Virus record (IMG/VR): IMGVR_UViG_3300012359_000002
Location: 11,451-75,450 of that record
Strand: one strand, 5' to 3'
From: a virus
DNA length: 64,000 bases
Part shown: positions 1-8,902 of the stretch, piece after piece
Layout: each line of letters begins with the position of its first letter
How positions within the stretch are numbered: position 1 is the stretch's first letter
Program-made: the position numbers and the translations under genes
Notes under the pieces: model-generated
What the model was told of the DNA's origin: nothing
Database searches by the model: none
The model's input: the letters and a program-made list of their open reading frames with translations, nothing else

Positions 1-1
1 C

Positions 2-781
2 GAGGCGCTCGACGGGCAGGACAAAGTAGTGCCGTTGAAGAACGGCTACGAGCTTCGATATTCACTGTGGGGCGGCGGGAAGCAGATCTCGATCCAGGTG
101 CGCTGGCCGGAGACGGAACCTGGACAGGATTCCACCGTGGGCGCAGCCGACTTCGCAGTGACGGACGACGGGCTCTATCCAGAGAACGTCTGGATCGCCG
201 ACGAGCACCAAGGCAAGGGGCTCGCCTCTGCCGTGTACGCTCTCGCCGAGCGTGAAACCGGTGAGAAGATCGTTCACTCGGCGACGCAGACGGTCGAGGG
301 GCAGCTCTTCCGTCAGGGGCGAAAGCGCGGTGAGGCGCTACTCGACGGACTCGGCGGCGACCCCGAAGAGTACGGCGGACGGCACCGGCCGCCGGGCCCG
401 GGGTCGGGCGCGCCGCTCCACGATCTCACTGAGGGCGAGAACGCGATCTATCCCGACGACGTCTACGGGCCGAACGCGGTGCAGTTCTACGGCACCGGCG
501 AGCCCGCGATGGACCGCGCGACGATCGCGGTGCTGCACCGCTTGCGCGGGAAGCCCGACGCCAACGTGGTGATCTACCGTGCGCTGCCCTGCAAGAAGAA
601 AGACGACGGGATCAACCCGGGCGACTGGGTGACGGTGAACCGCCAGTACGCCGAGCAGCACGCCGAGTCGACCGGCAGCTTCGACGAGGAGAAGTTCTGC
701 ATCGTCTCGAAGAGCGTCCCCGCTCGTGAGGTCTTCACGAACGGGGACTCGATCCACGAGGCCGGCTACTGGCCGTCCTAG
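2..781 (+). CDS. C-terminal part of a multidomain protein: GNAT-like domain followed by a phage polyvalent/ART-like domain; open at the window start
   Basis: Frame is open from base 2 (EALDGQDKVVP...). GNAT motif A-like VWIADEHQGKGLASAVY; second domain APLHDL..IYPDDVY..VIYRALP..INPGDWVT..YAEQH. Confidence 0.5.
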   Translation, partial: EALDGQDKVVPLKNGYELRYSLWGGGKQISIQVRWPETEPGQDSTVGAADFAVTDDGLYPENVWIADEHQGKGLASAVYALAERETGEKIVHSATQTVEGQLFRQGRKRGEALLDGLGGDPEEYGGRHRPPGPGSGAPLHDLTEGENAIYPDDVYGPNAVQFYGTGEPAMDRATIAVLHRLRGKPDANVVIYRALPCKKKDDGINPGDWVTVNRQYAEQHAESTGSFDEEKFCIVSKSVPAREVFTNGDSIHEAGYWPS

Positions 782-1164
782 CGGTAGGGCAGCCCGTCAG
801 GCGTCGTATCCCCTGACCCGCCGGGCACGGTTGAGCGCCTCGCCTGCGCGATCGGGGGTGAGGGCTCGCGCCGCGGGAGGGGCGCCCACGGCGCACGGTA
901 GGTCTCCGCTGCCGGGTGGCGCTGCGAGTGAGGCGGGTGCATCGTCTTGTCGACGAGGTGCGGCAGGCTCTCGCCGAAGGGCCGCTCCGTCGAGCGGCAG
1001 AAGACCTCGAAGCTCTCTCCCTGTCGCACCCCCGAGCAGTGCTGGCGCCCCTGCGCGTCCACACTGAAACGCCGCTGCGGCGCGCCGAGGAGATAGCGGC
1101 CGGCGAACGTGCCGGCTCCGAAGCCCGAGAAGAACACGACGGCGAGAACGAGCTTGAGCTTCAT
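778..1164 (-). CDS. Hypothetical protein with N-terminal signal/TM segment
   Basis: MKLKLVLAVVFFSGFGAG; AGGAG upstream. Confidence 0.5.
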   Translation of the reverse strand: MKLKLVLAVVFFSGFGAGTFAGRYLLGAPQRRFSVDAQGRQHCSGVRQGESFEVFCRSTERPFGESLPHLVDKTMHPPHSQRHPAAETYRAPWAPLPRREPSPPIAQARRSTVPGGSGDTTPDGLPYR

Positions 1165-1173
1165 GGGTTTCTC

Positions 1174-1386
1174 CTACTTCCAGGCGCTGCGCTGGCGCTT
1201 CGTGAGTGTCCCGTAGGCGGCGCGCTCCTGCGGGACGGTGGTGTTGTCGGGGAAGAGCAGGACGTTGCCGGCCTTCTCCGGCTTCGCCTTGGCACCGTCT
1301 GCACGAAGTCTGCCCTGCTTGAAGAGCTTTCGCACGTAGGTTTTCGAGACGCCGTGCTTCTTCGCGAGCTGTGCCATTGTGATCAC
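1174..1386 (-). CDS. Small HTH (excisionase/MerR-like) DNA-binding protein
   Basis: ITMAQLAKKHGVSKTYVRKLFKQGRL. Confidence 0.6.
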   Translation of the reverse strand: MITMAQLAKKHGVSKTYVRKLFKQGRLRADGAKAKPEKAGNVLLFPDNTTVPQERAAYGTLTKRQRSAWK

Positions 1387-1400
1387 AGTGCCACCCTAGT

Positions 1401-2177
1401 TCACACGTTGCGCGGAATGACGAGGATCTTGCCGATGAAGATCAGGTCGGGGTTCTCGATCCTGTTCACGTCCATCAGATCGATCAGCGACACCTTGAAC
1501 CGCTCGGCGATCTGCGACAGCGTATCATCGGGCGCGACGACGTAGACGCCGTATCGCCGGCTGAACGCGAACTCGGCGATCTCGCCGGTCGCACCCTTCG
1601 CCAGCGGGCTCTTGCCTGTTCCACCCTTCGGCGGCGTCGGCGCCACGAGGTCCGCCTCGTACGTCGCGAGGGCAACCCACAGTTGATGCCACGTCCTGCC
1701 GGTCGCGCCCGTCTGCAGCAGGCTTCGGACGGCGTCAGCGAGTGCGAGGCTGCGCTGGCGCTCGCGCTCCTCCCCCCAGGTCGAGGTGAGGATCCCAGCC
1801 CTCTGGAGCACCGCGAGTATTCGATCGAGGTCGACGTTCGGGTACTTCTCGTGGAACTCGCCGAGGTTGCCTCGCTTCTCGGTCACAGGCGTCGTCGGGC
1901 TGTCCCTCAACTTGTTGCCGCGCTCGTAGCTGGCGCTGAACGACTCGGGGTGACTCTTGAGCGCGCAGGTGCAGCCGCCAGGGTAGTGGTGTGGTACGCA
2001 CCACGCGTGGTTCTGAGATCTGCAGTTGTCGCAGACGTACAGCTTCTTCGACGCGTCCGCTTCCTCCTGCGCCATCGCTTCGACAGTTTCGAGCAGGCAA
2101 CGCCAGGCGCAGTCGTGGTTCCCGGCGTCGAGGTGACCTCTTGCTGCGCGTAAACAATACTTCGCTTTCTCGTTCAT
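1401..2177 (-). CDS. Protein with C-terminal LysM peptidoglycan-binding domain
   Basis: YVVAPDDTLSQIAERFKVSLIDLMDVNRIENPDLIFIGKILVIP is a canonical LysM. Confidence 0.8.
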   Translation of the reverse strand: MNEKAKYCLRAARGHLDAGNHDCAWRCLLETVEAMAQEEADASKKLYVCDNCRSQNHAWCVPHHYPGGCTCALKSHPESFSASYERGNKLRDSPTTPVTEKRGNLGEFHEKYPNVDLDRILAVLQRAGILTSTWGEERERQRSLALADAVRSLLQTGATGRTWHQLWVALATYEADLVAPTPPKGGTGKSPLAKGATGEIAEFAFSRRYGVYVVAPDDTLSQIAERFKVSLIDLMDVNRIENPDLIFIGKILVIPRNV

Positions 2178-2185
2178 TTTAAAAA

Positions 2186-2525
2186 TCCCCGCTCTTGTGT
2201 GTTGGATTGCTTAGCGCTTAATGGCACGCTTCCGTACTTTGGATTACTCCACCAGCTTGTGGCACGCTCTCGAATCTTGGTTTCCTTGAAGAGTACGGCA
2301 CGCTGTCGTTCAATGGTTGACTGCTTTGGCTTTGGCAACGCTCGCCTGGTTTGGTTGAACTCAAGTAGTTTGGTACACGCTCGCATATGCTGGGTGACTC
2401 ACTGCTTATGGCACGCATCTTCTTTCTGGGTCACTCGCGCTCTAATGGCACGCTTCCGTATCTTGGGCTACTTCGGGAGTCATGGCACGCTTCGTTACTT
2501 TGGTTGACTTCTGACCAGTGGCACT
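2186..2525 (-). repeat. TIGR-like dual-repeat array (downstream copy), about 9 units of 36-39 nt
   Basis: On +: TGGCACGCT-like repeat at 2222, 2260, 2296, 2333, 2371, 2409, 2446, 2483, 2519 alternating with TGG(T/G/A)NNACT-like repeat at 2203, 2240, 2278, 2314, 2352, 2391, 2427, 2464, 2501, separated by variable 9-11 nt spacers. Confidence 0.9.
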
Positions 2526-3363
2526 AGGCCGCAGGCTGAGACGCCTCGGGCGCCGTCGGGCGGGAGTGGACGATCCCGAGCTTCTCCTCGTGGTACGGCG
2601 GCCGAACGGGGAGCCCCTCCGACTCGCGCCACGCCTTCCAGAGGTCGATCAACAGCATCTTCACCATGTAGCGCAGGGAGGAGTTGTTGCGGTGGCCCGG
2701 CGACGTCCCCTTGCCGCTCGTCTCCATGCGGTGCTTGTAGCCATCGTAGACCGGGCGCCAGACCGGGTTCGAAGCCTTGAGCAGGCACGGCGCCATGACG
2801 CCGAGGAGCTTCGTCTTCAGGAACAGGTTGTAGTGGCGCTTCTCGCCCTTGATCGAGCGCTCGCGGCTGCCGGAGTCGTAGAGGTCGACCTCACCGCGAA
2901 CCACGACGTCGCAGGCCTTCTCGTTCTTCTTCTTCACGGCGTGCGTCCAGCCGCCATCCGCGGCGCGGGTGACGAGGCGGTTGCACTCCTTGCAGCGCCA
3001 GGCGGCGACCGGCGCGAGGCCGGCATAGCGCCAGAGCTTCGACACGTTCTCCGCGCGGACGATGTCGACCTCGGAGAGGATCACCGCCGCCATGACCTCG
3101 CCGAGGCCCTTCCAGCGCGGGTCCTCGGTGTCGAGCACGTTCACGTAGAACGGGATCTTCTGCAACAGCTCGCGCACGCGATCGAAGGCGGCCTTCTCCT
3201 CGGTCTTGAGGCGCTTCACCTCGATCACGAAGTGCGCCTTGTCGTCCTCGTTCAGCAGCGTCTCGATCTTCGCGATCCGACCGGAGTGCTGCTGCCGAAT
3301 GATCTGCACGTCGTAGAAGTGGCGCACGGCCATGCGCAGCGATCGTCTCAGGCTCTCGTCCAT
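2524..3363 (-). CDS. Nop/IS110-C-terminal-domain RNA-binding protein without nuclease domain (TasA-like)
   Basis: Helical N-terminus, then KGLGEVMAAVILSEV..SKLWRYAGLAP..KGEKRHYNLFLKTKLL..YDGYKHR..HRNNSSLRYMVKMLLIDLW; no N-terminal RuvC DEDD domain; flanked by dual-repeat arrays. Confidence 0.8.
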   Translation of the reverse strand: MDESLRRSLRMAVRHFYDVQIIRQQHSGRIAKIETLLNEDDKAHFVIEVKRLKTEEKAAFDRVRELLQKIPFYVNVLDTEDPRWKGLGEVMAAVILSEVDIVRAENVSKLWRYAGLAPVAAWRCKECNRLVTRAADGGWTHAVKKKNEKACDVVVRGEVDLYDSGSRERSIKGEKRHYNLFLKTKLLGVMAPCLLKASNPVWRPVYDGYKHRMETSGKGTSPGHRNNSSLRYMVKMLLIDLWKAWRESEGLPVRPPYHEEKLGIVHSRPTAPEASQPAA

Positions 3364-3380
3364 TTGATCTTCCCTTTCAG

Positions 3381-3718
3381 TGGATACCGCTCTGCGTTCT
3401 TCGGATTACTCGGTCGTTATGGCACGCTTTGCATCCTTGGTTGACTCGTTACCCGGAGGCACGCTCGGTCCGTTTGGGCGTCTCGTCTGAATTGGCACGC
3501 GTAAGTCCTTTGGGTTTCTCGAAACCTGATGGCACGCTTTGCGGGTATGGTTTTCTTCTTGCGGGTGACACGCTTTCTGTTGTTGGGTTACTTGAGTGGC
3601 ATGGCACGCTTCAGGTACTTGGGTGACTCAAGAAAATTGGCACACTCGCAGACTCTGGTTTGCTCATGCTCACGCGGTTCGCTCGGCGAGTATGGTTGTC
3701 TCCCCGGTCGGAGGCACT
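3381..3718 (-). repeat. TIGR-like dual-repeat array (upstream copy), about 9 units of 36-37 nt
   Basis: TGGCACGCT-like repeat at 3381, 3420, 3457, 3493, 3530, 3566, 3602, 3638, 3675, 3712; second repeat at 3402, 3438, 3475, 3511, 3548, 3584, 3620, 3656, 3693; 9-10 nt variable spacers. Confidence 0.9.
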
Positions 3719-3935
3719 ATTCGAGATCGAAGAGCTTCGGTGCTTCGACGAGCACCACCTCCTGTCCACCCGCTGGGCCTGGCTCGCGCGCGACGATCAG
3801 CACGGCATAGCGCTGCGCTCCCTCTGCGAGCCACGCGTCGAACACGCGCTCGACCAGCTCGTCGGAGTTCCACTCGAAGCCGACGCAAGTGCAACCCGCG
3901 ACAGCGAGTCGATCGCAGATCTCGCGGCGCGTCAT
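3717..3935 (-). CDS. Small hypothetical protein ending KLFDLE
   Basis: ATG overlaps the stop of the upstream ORF (ATGA). Confidence 0.55.
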   Translation of the reverse strand: MTRREICDRLAVAGCTCVGFEWNSDELVERVFDAWLAEGAQRYAVLIVAREPGPAGGQEVVLVEAPKLFDLE

Positions 3936-4717
3936 CGACGCACCTGTTTCAACTCGCGCGACACCTTGCGCATGTTGTCGATCGGAACGAGGCTTGAAAG
4001 CCCGAGCTTGCCGAGCCACACGTAGATCGACACGGCGTGCTCGCCGAGGACGTCGAGCGACAAGTTCGCCACCCAGAAAGTCTGGTTGGACGTGAGGCCT
4101 TCGACTGCCCTGCTATCACCCGTTGCTTGCGCGAGGAAGTGCAGTGTCGGCGCCGGCAGCGCGCTTACCGGCCGGCGCCCCTCATCTTTTTTCGCCTTCG
4201 GGCACGGTTGCGCGAGCGAGGCGCGCAGCTTGTTGCCGCCCTCGTCGTAGGGCCACTCGATACACAGCGTGCAGCGGCGGAAGAACCCGTCCTCGTGCTC
4301 CTCGTCGAGGTGGCCGCAAATCATACACGCGTAGTTGAGCATGTCCTCGCTCTGCAGGAAGTCGGTGCAGGCCACCTCCTGGCGCGCCTTGGTGTTGGTG
4401 CCGACGTAGACGTAGGGGGCGCGATCCTCGAACACCCAGCGCGTCGGATCGATCACGGTGTGGTCGGCGTCGTCCCGCACGATCCAACCGTGCTGGCAGA
4501 ATCCGTAATCACGCCTCGCGGCGAAGAAGCTCGTTCTCGCGATCGGCCCGGTCCAGTGCCCGTAGACGGCGACGCCGCCGGGTACGAGACCGGCGTCAAT
4601 CATGGCCGTCGCGATCCCGTAGCAGTTGCCCAGCCACTTCGACGTGCGGACGCCGATCACTTTTGCGACCAGCTTGACGTTCACGATCTTCTCCATCTGC
4701 GAGAGGTGTGTGTTCAC
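3932..4717 (-). CDS. Hypothetical protein, Cys/His-containing
   Basis: Coupled ORF in the minus-strand operon; GNCY, QHGW and IDPT motifs (weakly papain-fold-like). Confidence 0.55.
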   Translation of the reverse strand: MNTHLSQMEKIVNVKLVAKVIGVRTSKWLGNCYGIATAMIDAGLVPGGVAVYGHWTGPIARTSFFAARRDYGFCQHGWIVRDDADHTVIDPTRWVFEDRAPYVYVGTNTKARQEVACTDFLQSEDMLNYACMICGHLDEEHEDGFFRRCTLCIEWPYDEGGNKLRASLAQPCPKAKKDEGRRPVSALPAPTLHFLAQATGDSRAVEGLTSNQTFWVANLSLDVLGEHAVSIYVWLGKLGLSSLVPIDNMRKVSRELKQVRR

Positions 4718-5044
4718 GGTGTGCTCTCCACAGTTGGTGTCTCTGGTAACCAGATGAGTGCCCTAACACGCGCCCTGCATGGCGGGCAGTCGAAATAGAA
4801 CGGGAGGTTGCCGAGCGGCGGTACCTTGCGCTTCAGGCGCACCCACGCACCGCACTTCGAGCAGACGACGCGGATCATGATGCGGGCACCTTTCTCACGT
4901 CTGGTGACTGACCGACGAGACTGATCGAACCGTGGTCGCAGAGCTTCAGCACCGCTCCGTTCTCTAACTTGATCGTCCAGCCGCCGTGCGTTTGGCTCTC
5001 CGGGTCGCGTGGACAGATCGGGCACGGCACCGTTCGAAACACGT

Positions 5045-7213
5045 TCATGACTCGTCCTCCTCGACGCGCCGCTTGCCGTCGGGCCTGTTGCCGGCGTGGA
5101 ACTCCTCTGCTTCGAGCAGCATCGGTGCCCACTGCAGGTACTCGGCGCGCGTGCGCGGATCGGCGAAGAACCGCTTGAAGTCACCAGGCGTGTACGCGCT
5201 CACGTTGAGCACCTCCGCTGGCGGGACGAAGAGCTGGCACTGGATCCGCGGCTGCGCGTCGTGGCGCCAGCTCTCGTTCACGCGTCTCCTCCACCACTCG
5301 TACTTGCAGCCCTTCGTTGGTGAGAAGCGCGTCACCTGGGCGAGCCGGCCCGGCCCGGGGTTGCCCTGCGGACGGAAGCGCTCGACGTCGTCGCGGTTGC
5401 GGTCACGCCAGTTCGACTGCCGGCGCGCGTTCTCCTTCACCGCCTCGACGTGCTCCCAGAAGATCTCCTGCCCCACCGTCCACGAGCCAGTCGTGAGGCT
5501 CTCGTTGAGCTTCGCGCGGTACGCCTCGAAGTCGGGCTTCTCGCCAGCCACGAGGCCGCGCGTCGAGTCGAAGACAAGGTCGAGCGCGGCTGCGAAGCCG
5601 ACGGGCTCCCAGAGCTTCCAGGCTGGGTGCGGGTGCAGGACCGGCGAGCGGTCGAGGAGGCCCTGCAGCACGAGCACGAGGCGGTTGTGCCGCTCCATCT
5701 CCTCGTGCAGGTGCGCCGTGACGTCGTCGTAGTAGACGCTCCCGATCGTGTAAGGCTCGTACTCGTCCGACTCGATGTGGACGTGGTGCTTCCACGGGCT
5801 GCTGTGAACCTCCGGGTGGGTGGGGCGCGAGGGGCACTTGACGCCGACCTCCTCCTCCGACGGCGGCGTCCACGACAGGCCACCGTTTTCATGCTTCTTG
5901 CCGCGCTTCTTCGCGGCTTCGTCGGCAATCGCGTACGCGGCGTCGAAGCGCGCCCTGTCGATCTTGTACTGGCGCTCCGCCAACTTGTGAACGGCGAGCT
6001 TGTGCCTATCTCCGTGCTCATGCTTCTTGTACTCCACCAGCTTCTCTTGATATTCAGCCTCCGCTGCCGCTTCCGCGTGTTGCTCGCGCTGCACCATTTC
6101 GTCGTACTGAGACTTCGTGATGAGATTGTTGCTTCGCCTGTGGAAGTAGATCTGCTCCTTCGACGACTTGTTCAGGATGTGGTGCTCGACGTCGGGGAAC
6201 AGCTCGTGTCCGAACTCGATCTTGGTGTTGAGGCGGTAGACGCGATCGCCGTTGCGGATGTAGAGGAACGTGAACTTGTCGGCGTCCTCGATCCCACCGA
6301 GCTTGATCCTGATGAAGTCAGAGATCGTGACGATCTGCCGCTCCTTCGTGTGCCGCCGCACCTGAAATGCAATGATGCAGCGCGGGTGCGGAAGGATGCG
6401 CGAGAGGTTCTCCGCCCTAACGAGCCACGCGTCGAACTCGTGCAGATTCCTGTATTCCATGCCACCGGCGCGATAGTTCGCGAGGCACTCCTCGTCCATG
6501 TAGGCGCGGCGCTGGAAGAGCGACAGCTTCGCGCCGATCGGCGCCGGCTCGCCGTCTGCGATCTGCTCGACCGTCTCGACGAGGCCGGCGTACAACTCGA
6601 CGTTGAAGATCCGCGACTCGATCGCCTTCAGCGCCGGGCGCATCGACTGAGCCTGCGCCTTGAGTGGAATGAGTCCCGCCTTCATCCACTTCCCCATCGC
6701 TTCGTTCTCTTCCTCGATCGCCTTGAACAGCTCGGGCAGCGTCTTGTCCTTGGCGAGCGAGAGAGCGGCCTTGTAGCCCTCGACCGACTCGCCCCCGCCG
6801 CGGAGTGCGAGCGCCTGCGTCTCGTTGCCGGCGGGCAGCGCGCCCGCGTTCGGCGCGATGGCGAGGCGCTCGGTGATCTCTTGCACGCGGCCCATGAGCT
6901 GGGCGGCCTTCACCTGATGCCCGCGGATCTTCTCCGCGATCATTGCCGGGGCGTTTGGCTCGAACACGCACAGATCCTCGAACGCGTCGAAGTGGATGCG
7001 CCACGTCGCGCCGTTCTTGTTTGTCAGCTCGGCGTAGTTCGTGCCAACGTGCGTGATGCAGACCAGCTCCTTCCCCACCGTCTTCTTCCCGTCGTCGTCC
7101 CGCTCAGTCACGCTGAGCTGGTACCAGTCGCCGATCTTGAGCGGCGCCTCGCGGCGTTCTTCACGTTCGGCGTCGCCCATCTGCGCCGGATTGCGCTGGA
7201 TCTCGCGAGCCAT
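5045..7213 (-). CDS. Large hypothetical phage protein with coiled-coil N-terminal half
   Basis: About 722 aa ORF with genome-typical codon bias. Confidence 0.65.
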   Translation of the reverse strand: MAREIQRNPAQMGDAEREERREAPLKIGDWYQLSVTERDDDGKKTVGKELVCITHVGTNYAELTNKNGATWRIHFDAFEDLCVFEPNAPAMIAEKIRGHQVKAAQLMGRVQEITERLAIAPNAGALPAGNETQALALRGGGESVEGYKAALSLAKDKTLPELFKAIEEENEAMGKWMKAGLIPLKAQAQSMRPALKAIESRIFNVELYAGLVETVEQIADGEPAPIGAKLSLFQRRAYMDEECLANYRAGGMEYRNLHEFDAWLVRAENLSRILPHPRCIIAFQVRRHTKERQIVTISDFIRIKLGGIEDADKFTFLYIRNGDRVYRLNTKIEFGHELFPDVEHHILNKSSKEQIYFHRRSNNLITKSQYDEMVQREQHAEAAAEAEYQEKLVEYKKHEHGDRHKLAVHKLAERQYKIDRARFDAAYAIADEAAKKRGKKHENGGLSWTPPSEEEVGVKCPSRPTHPEVHSSPWKHHVHIESDEYEPYTIGSVYYDDVTAHLHEEMERHNRLVLVLQGLLDRSPVLHPHPAWKLWEPVGFAAALDLVFDSTRGLVAGEKPDFEAYRAKLNESLTTGSWTVGQEIFWEHVEAVKENARRQSNWRDRNRDDVERFRPQGNPGPGRLAQVTRFSPTKGCKYEWWRRRVNESWRHDAQPRIQCQLFVPPAEVLNVSAYTPGDFKRFFADPRTRAEYLQWAPMLLEAEEFHAGNRPDGKRRVEEDES

Positions 7214-7215
7214 GA

Positions 7216-8007
7216 TTAGACCTTCCACCACTCGACGACGGCGCCGCGCGTCCGCTTGCCGGTGGCGCGTTCGTACGTGGCGCTGTGCTTCATGACGAGA
7301 TCGAAGAGCTTCTTCTTCGCGTCGGCGAGCTTCGCGATTTGCTCTTTCGAGATCACCTGCTTGTCCGCCGTGCGGCGCACCGTGGCCTTCTTGCGCGACT
7401 TCGCCGTGGACTCATCGACGTCGATCGTGTCGAATGCGCGCTTCGCGTGAATCGGTGCGTTGAGGACATCGCGGTGTCTGGTCTCGATTTCGTACACCTC
7501 ATGCCGCGCATCTTCGTCAGCTTTCTGTGCCGACCGCTTCGCATTGCACGCGTCGGTGAATTTCGCGTCGTGCGCGACGATGTTGCTCTCGATCACCGCC
7601 AGGAACTGATCGTAGAGTTCCCCACCGTCGCAGCGCCTTCCCTGAAGGACGCCGCCGGGCATCGACTTCGCCTCCTCGCGAGTACAGCCGATTTGCTCGG
7701 CGGCGACAGCGAGAAACTTCTCCGTGAAGGGACGCACGCCCCTGACCTTGCGTGCTTTCAGGACGCCCAGTCGGATCGCCGCGTCGCGGTAGGTCACACG
7801 TTCTGCTTCGCGCGTGTTGTTTACGCGCTGCTCGGTCTTCTCCTTCTTCTCCTGCGCGGCCTTCAGCTCCTTCCCCTCCGGCGACGCGTTGAACACGTTG
7901 AGGGCCTTGTGCGTCTCCCCGAGCACCTTCAGTGCCTCCGCGCGCCGCGTGGTCCAGACGCTTGGCTTCTCCTTGACCCTCTCCTCGACCTTCGCCTTCG
8001 TCGTCAT
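7216..8007 (-). CDS. Basic coiled-coil hypothetical protein
   Basis: GGGGAG upstream of MTTKAK. Confidence 0.55.
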   Translation of the reverse strand: MTTKAKVEERVKEKPSVWTTRRAEALKVLGETHKALNVFNASPEGKELKAAQEKKEKTEQRVNNTREAERVTYRDAAIRLGVLKARKVRGVRPFTEKFLAVAAEQIGCTREEAKSMPGGVLQGRRCDGGELYDQFLAVIESNIVAHDAKFTDACNAKRSAQKADEDARHEVYEIETRHRDVLNAPIHAKRAFDTIDVDESTAKSRKKATVRRTADKQVISKEQIAKLADAKKKLFDLVMKHSATYERATGKRTRGAVVEWWKV

Positions 8008-8251
8008 TGTCGTTCTCCCCTCAGTGCGCGCTACGACTTCGCGGCGCGTGCGAGCGCCCGGCGGGCCTTCTGGAAGCGGTCCTCGTGTGCCACGCCGAGT
8101 GCGACCGGCTTGCCGTCCTTCCAGACCGACGGCTTCGAGCGCTTGTAGTCCCAGGCGATGCACGAGTCGCCCGCCTTCACCTTGCACGTCGGGCACGCGG
8201 TGAGCGCGCGAGCATGGTCCTCGATCGCCTTCGACTGCTCCTCGGTGAGCT

Positions 8252-8902
8252 TCACGTTGCCTCCGCTGCAACGAAGTGGTTGTTCTTGAGGCACGCGTAG
8301 CCCATTGCCGTTCCGTCAAGCATGTTGAGACGCTTGAAGCCGGCGCCGCAGATCGGGCAGCGCCCCTTCACTTCGTCACGGTAGGTGAGCTTCGCGATCT
8401 CCGTTGCGCTGAGCGCATCCTCGGGGCGCAGCTCGGGGCGGAAGTCCGTCTGCCGCGCCTTGCCCGGCTGCCGCTCGCCACCACCCGGCGCGGAGCCCTC
8501 GGAGACGAGGCGCTCGGAGTAGCCGAACGGGAACCAGCGATCGGTGCGGCCCTCGAACGAGAGCGCGGGGAAGCACCACAGGTGATACTGGTTGCAGGTG
8601 TCGACGAGGCGATCCTCGTCGGGGTAGATCTCGACCGCCTCGACGTGCTCGCCCACCAGCTCGTTCTTGATCTGCTGCATCTCGCGCCAGTTGTGGCGGG
8701 GCTGGCGGTCGAGCGTCTTGAACGAGAGCCACACGACGACGTTGAGCGGCGCGGGCATCTTCCGTGCCTCGACCTCCACTTGATAGATCGAGTTGACGAA
8801 GGTGCGCGTCGACTCGTTGCGCGCGCCGGCACGCTGCTCGATGAAGACCTCAGTAAACGGCGTCCACTTCACCTGATCCCAGTTGCGGTCGCTCTTGCTC
8901 AT
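8252..8902 (-). CDS. Conserved phage hypothetical protein with C-terminal Zn ribbon
   Basis: NWREMQQIKNELVG..EAVEIYP..LVDTCNQYHLW motif familiar from phage DUF proteins; CPIC near C-terminus. Confidence 0.6.
   Translation of the reverse strand: MSKSDRNWDQVKWTPFTEVFIEQRAGARNESTRTFVNSIYQVEVEARKMPAPLNVVVWLSFKTLDRQPRHNWREMQQIKNELVGEHVEAVEIYPDEDRLVDTCNQYHLWCFPALSFEGRTDRWFPFGYSERLVSEGSAPGGGERQPGKARQTDFRPELRPEDALSATEIAKLTYRDEVKGRCPICGAGFKRLNMLDGTAMGYACLKNNHFVAAEAT

Noticed and set aside
2174-2507. ORFs 2174-2386, 2199-2507, 2218-2418 (and 3429-3626, 3529-3810)
   Set aside because: They are chance read-throughs of the repeat arrays with periodic WHA/GTL/AR residues and atypical codon use
2524-3363. 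Intact IS110 transposon
   Set aside because: No N-terminal DEDD RuvC domain; the flanks are tandem arrays rather than IS ends
2186-3718. CRISPR array
   Set aside because: Repeats and spacers are only about 9 nt, two repeat types alternate, and no cas1/cas2 or effector genes are present
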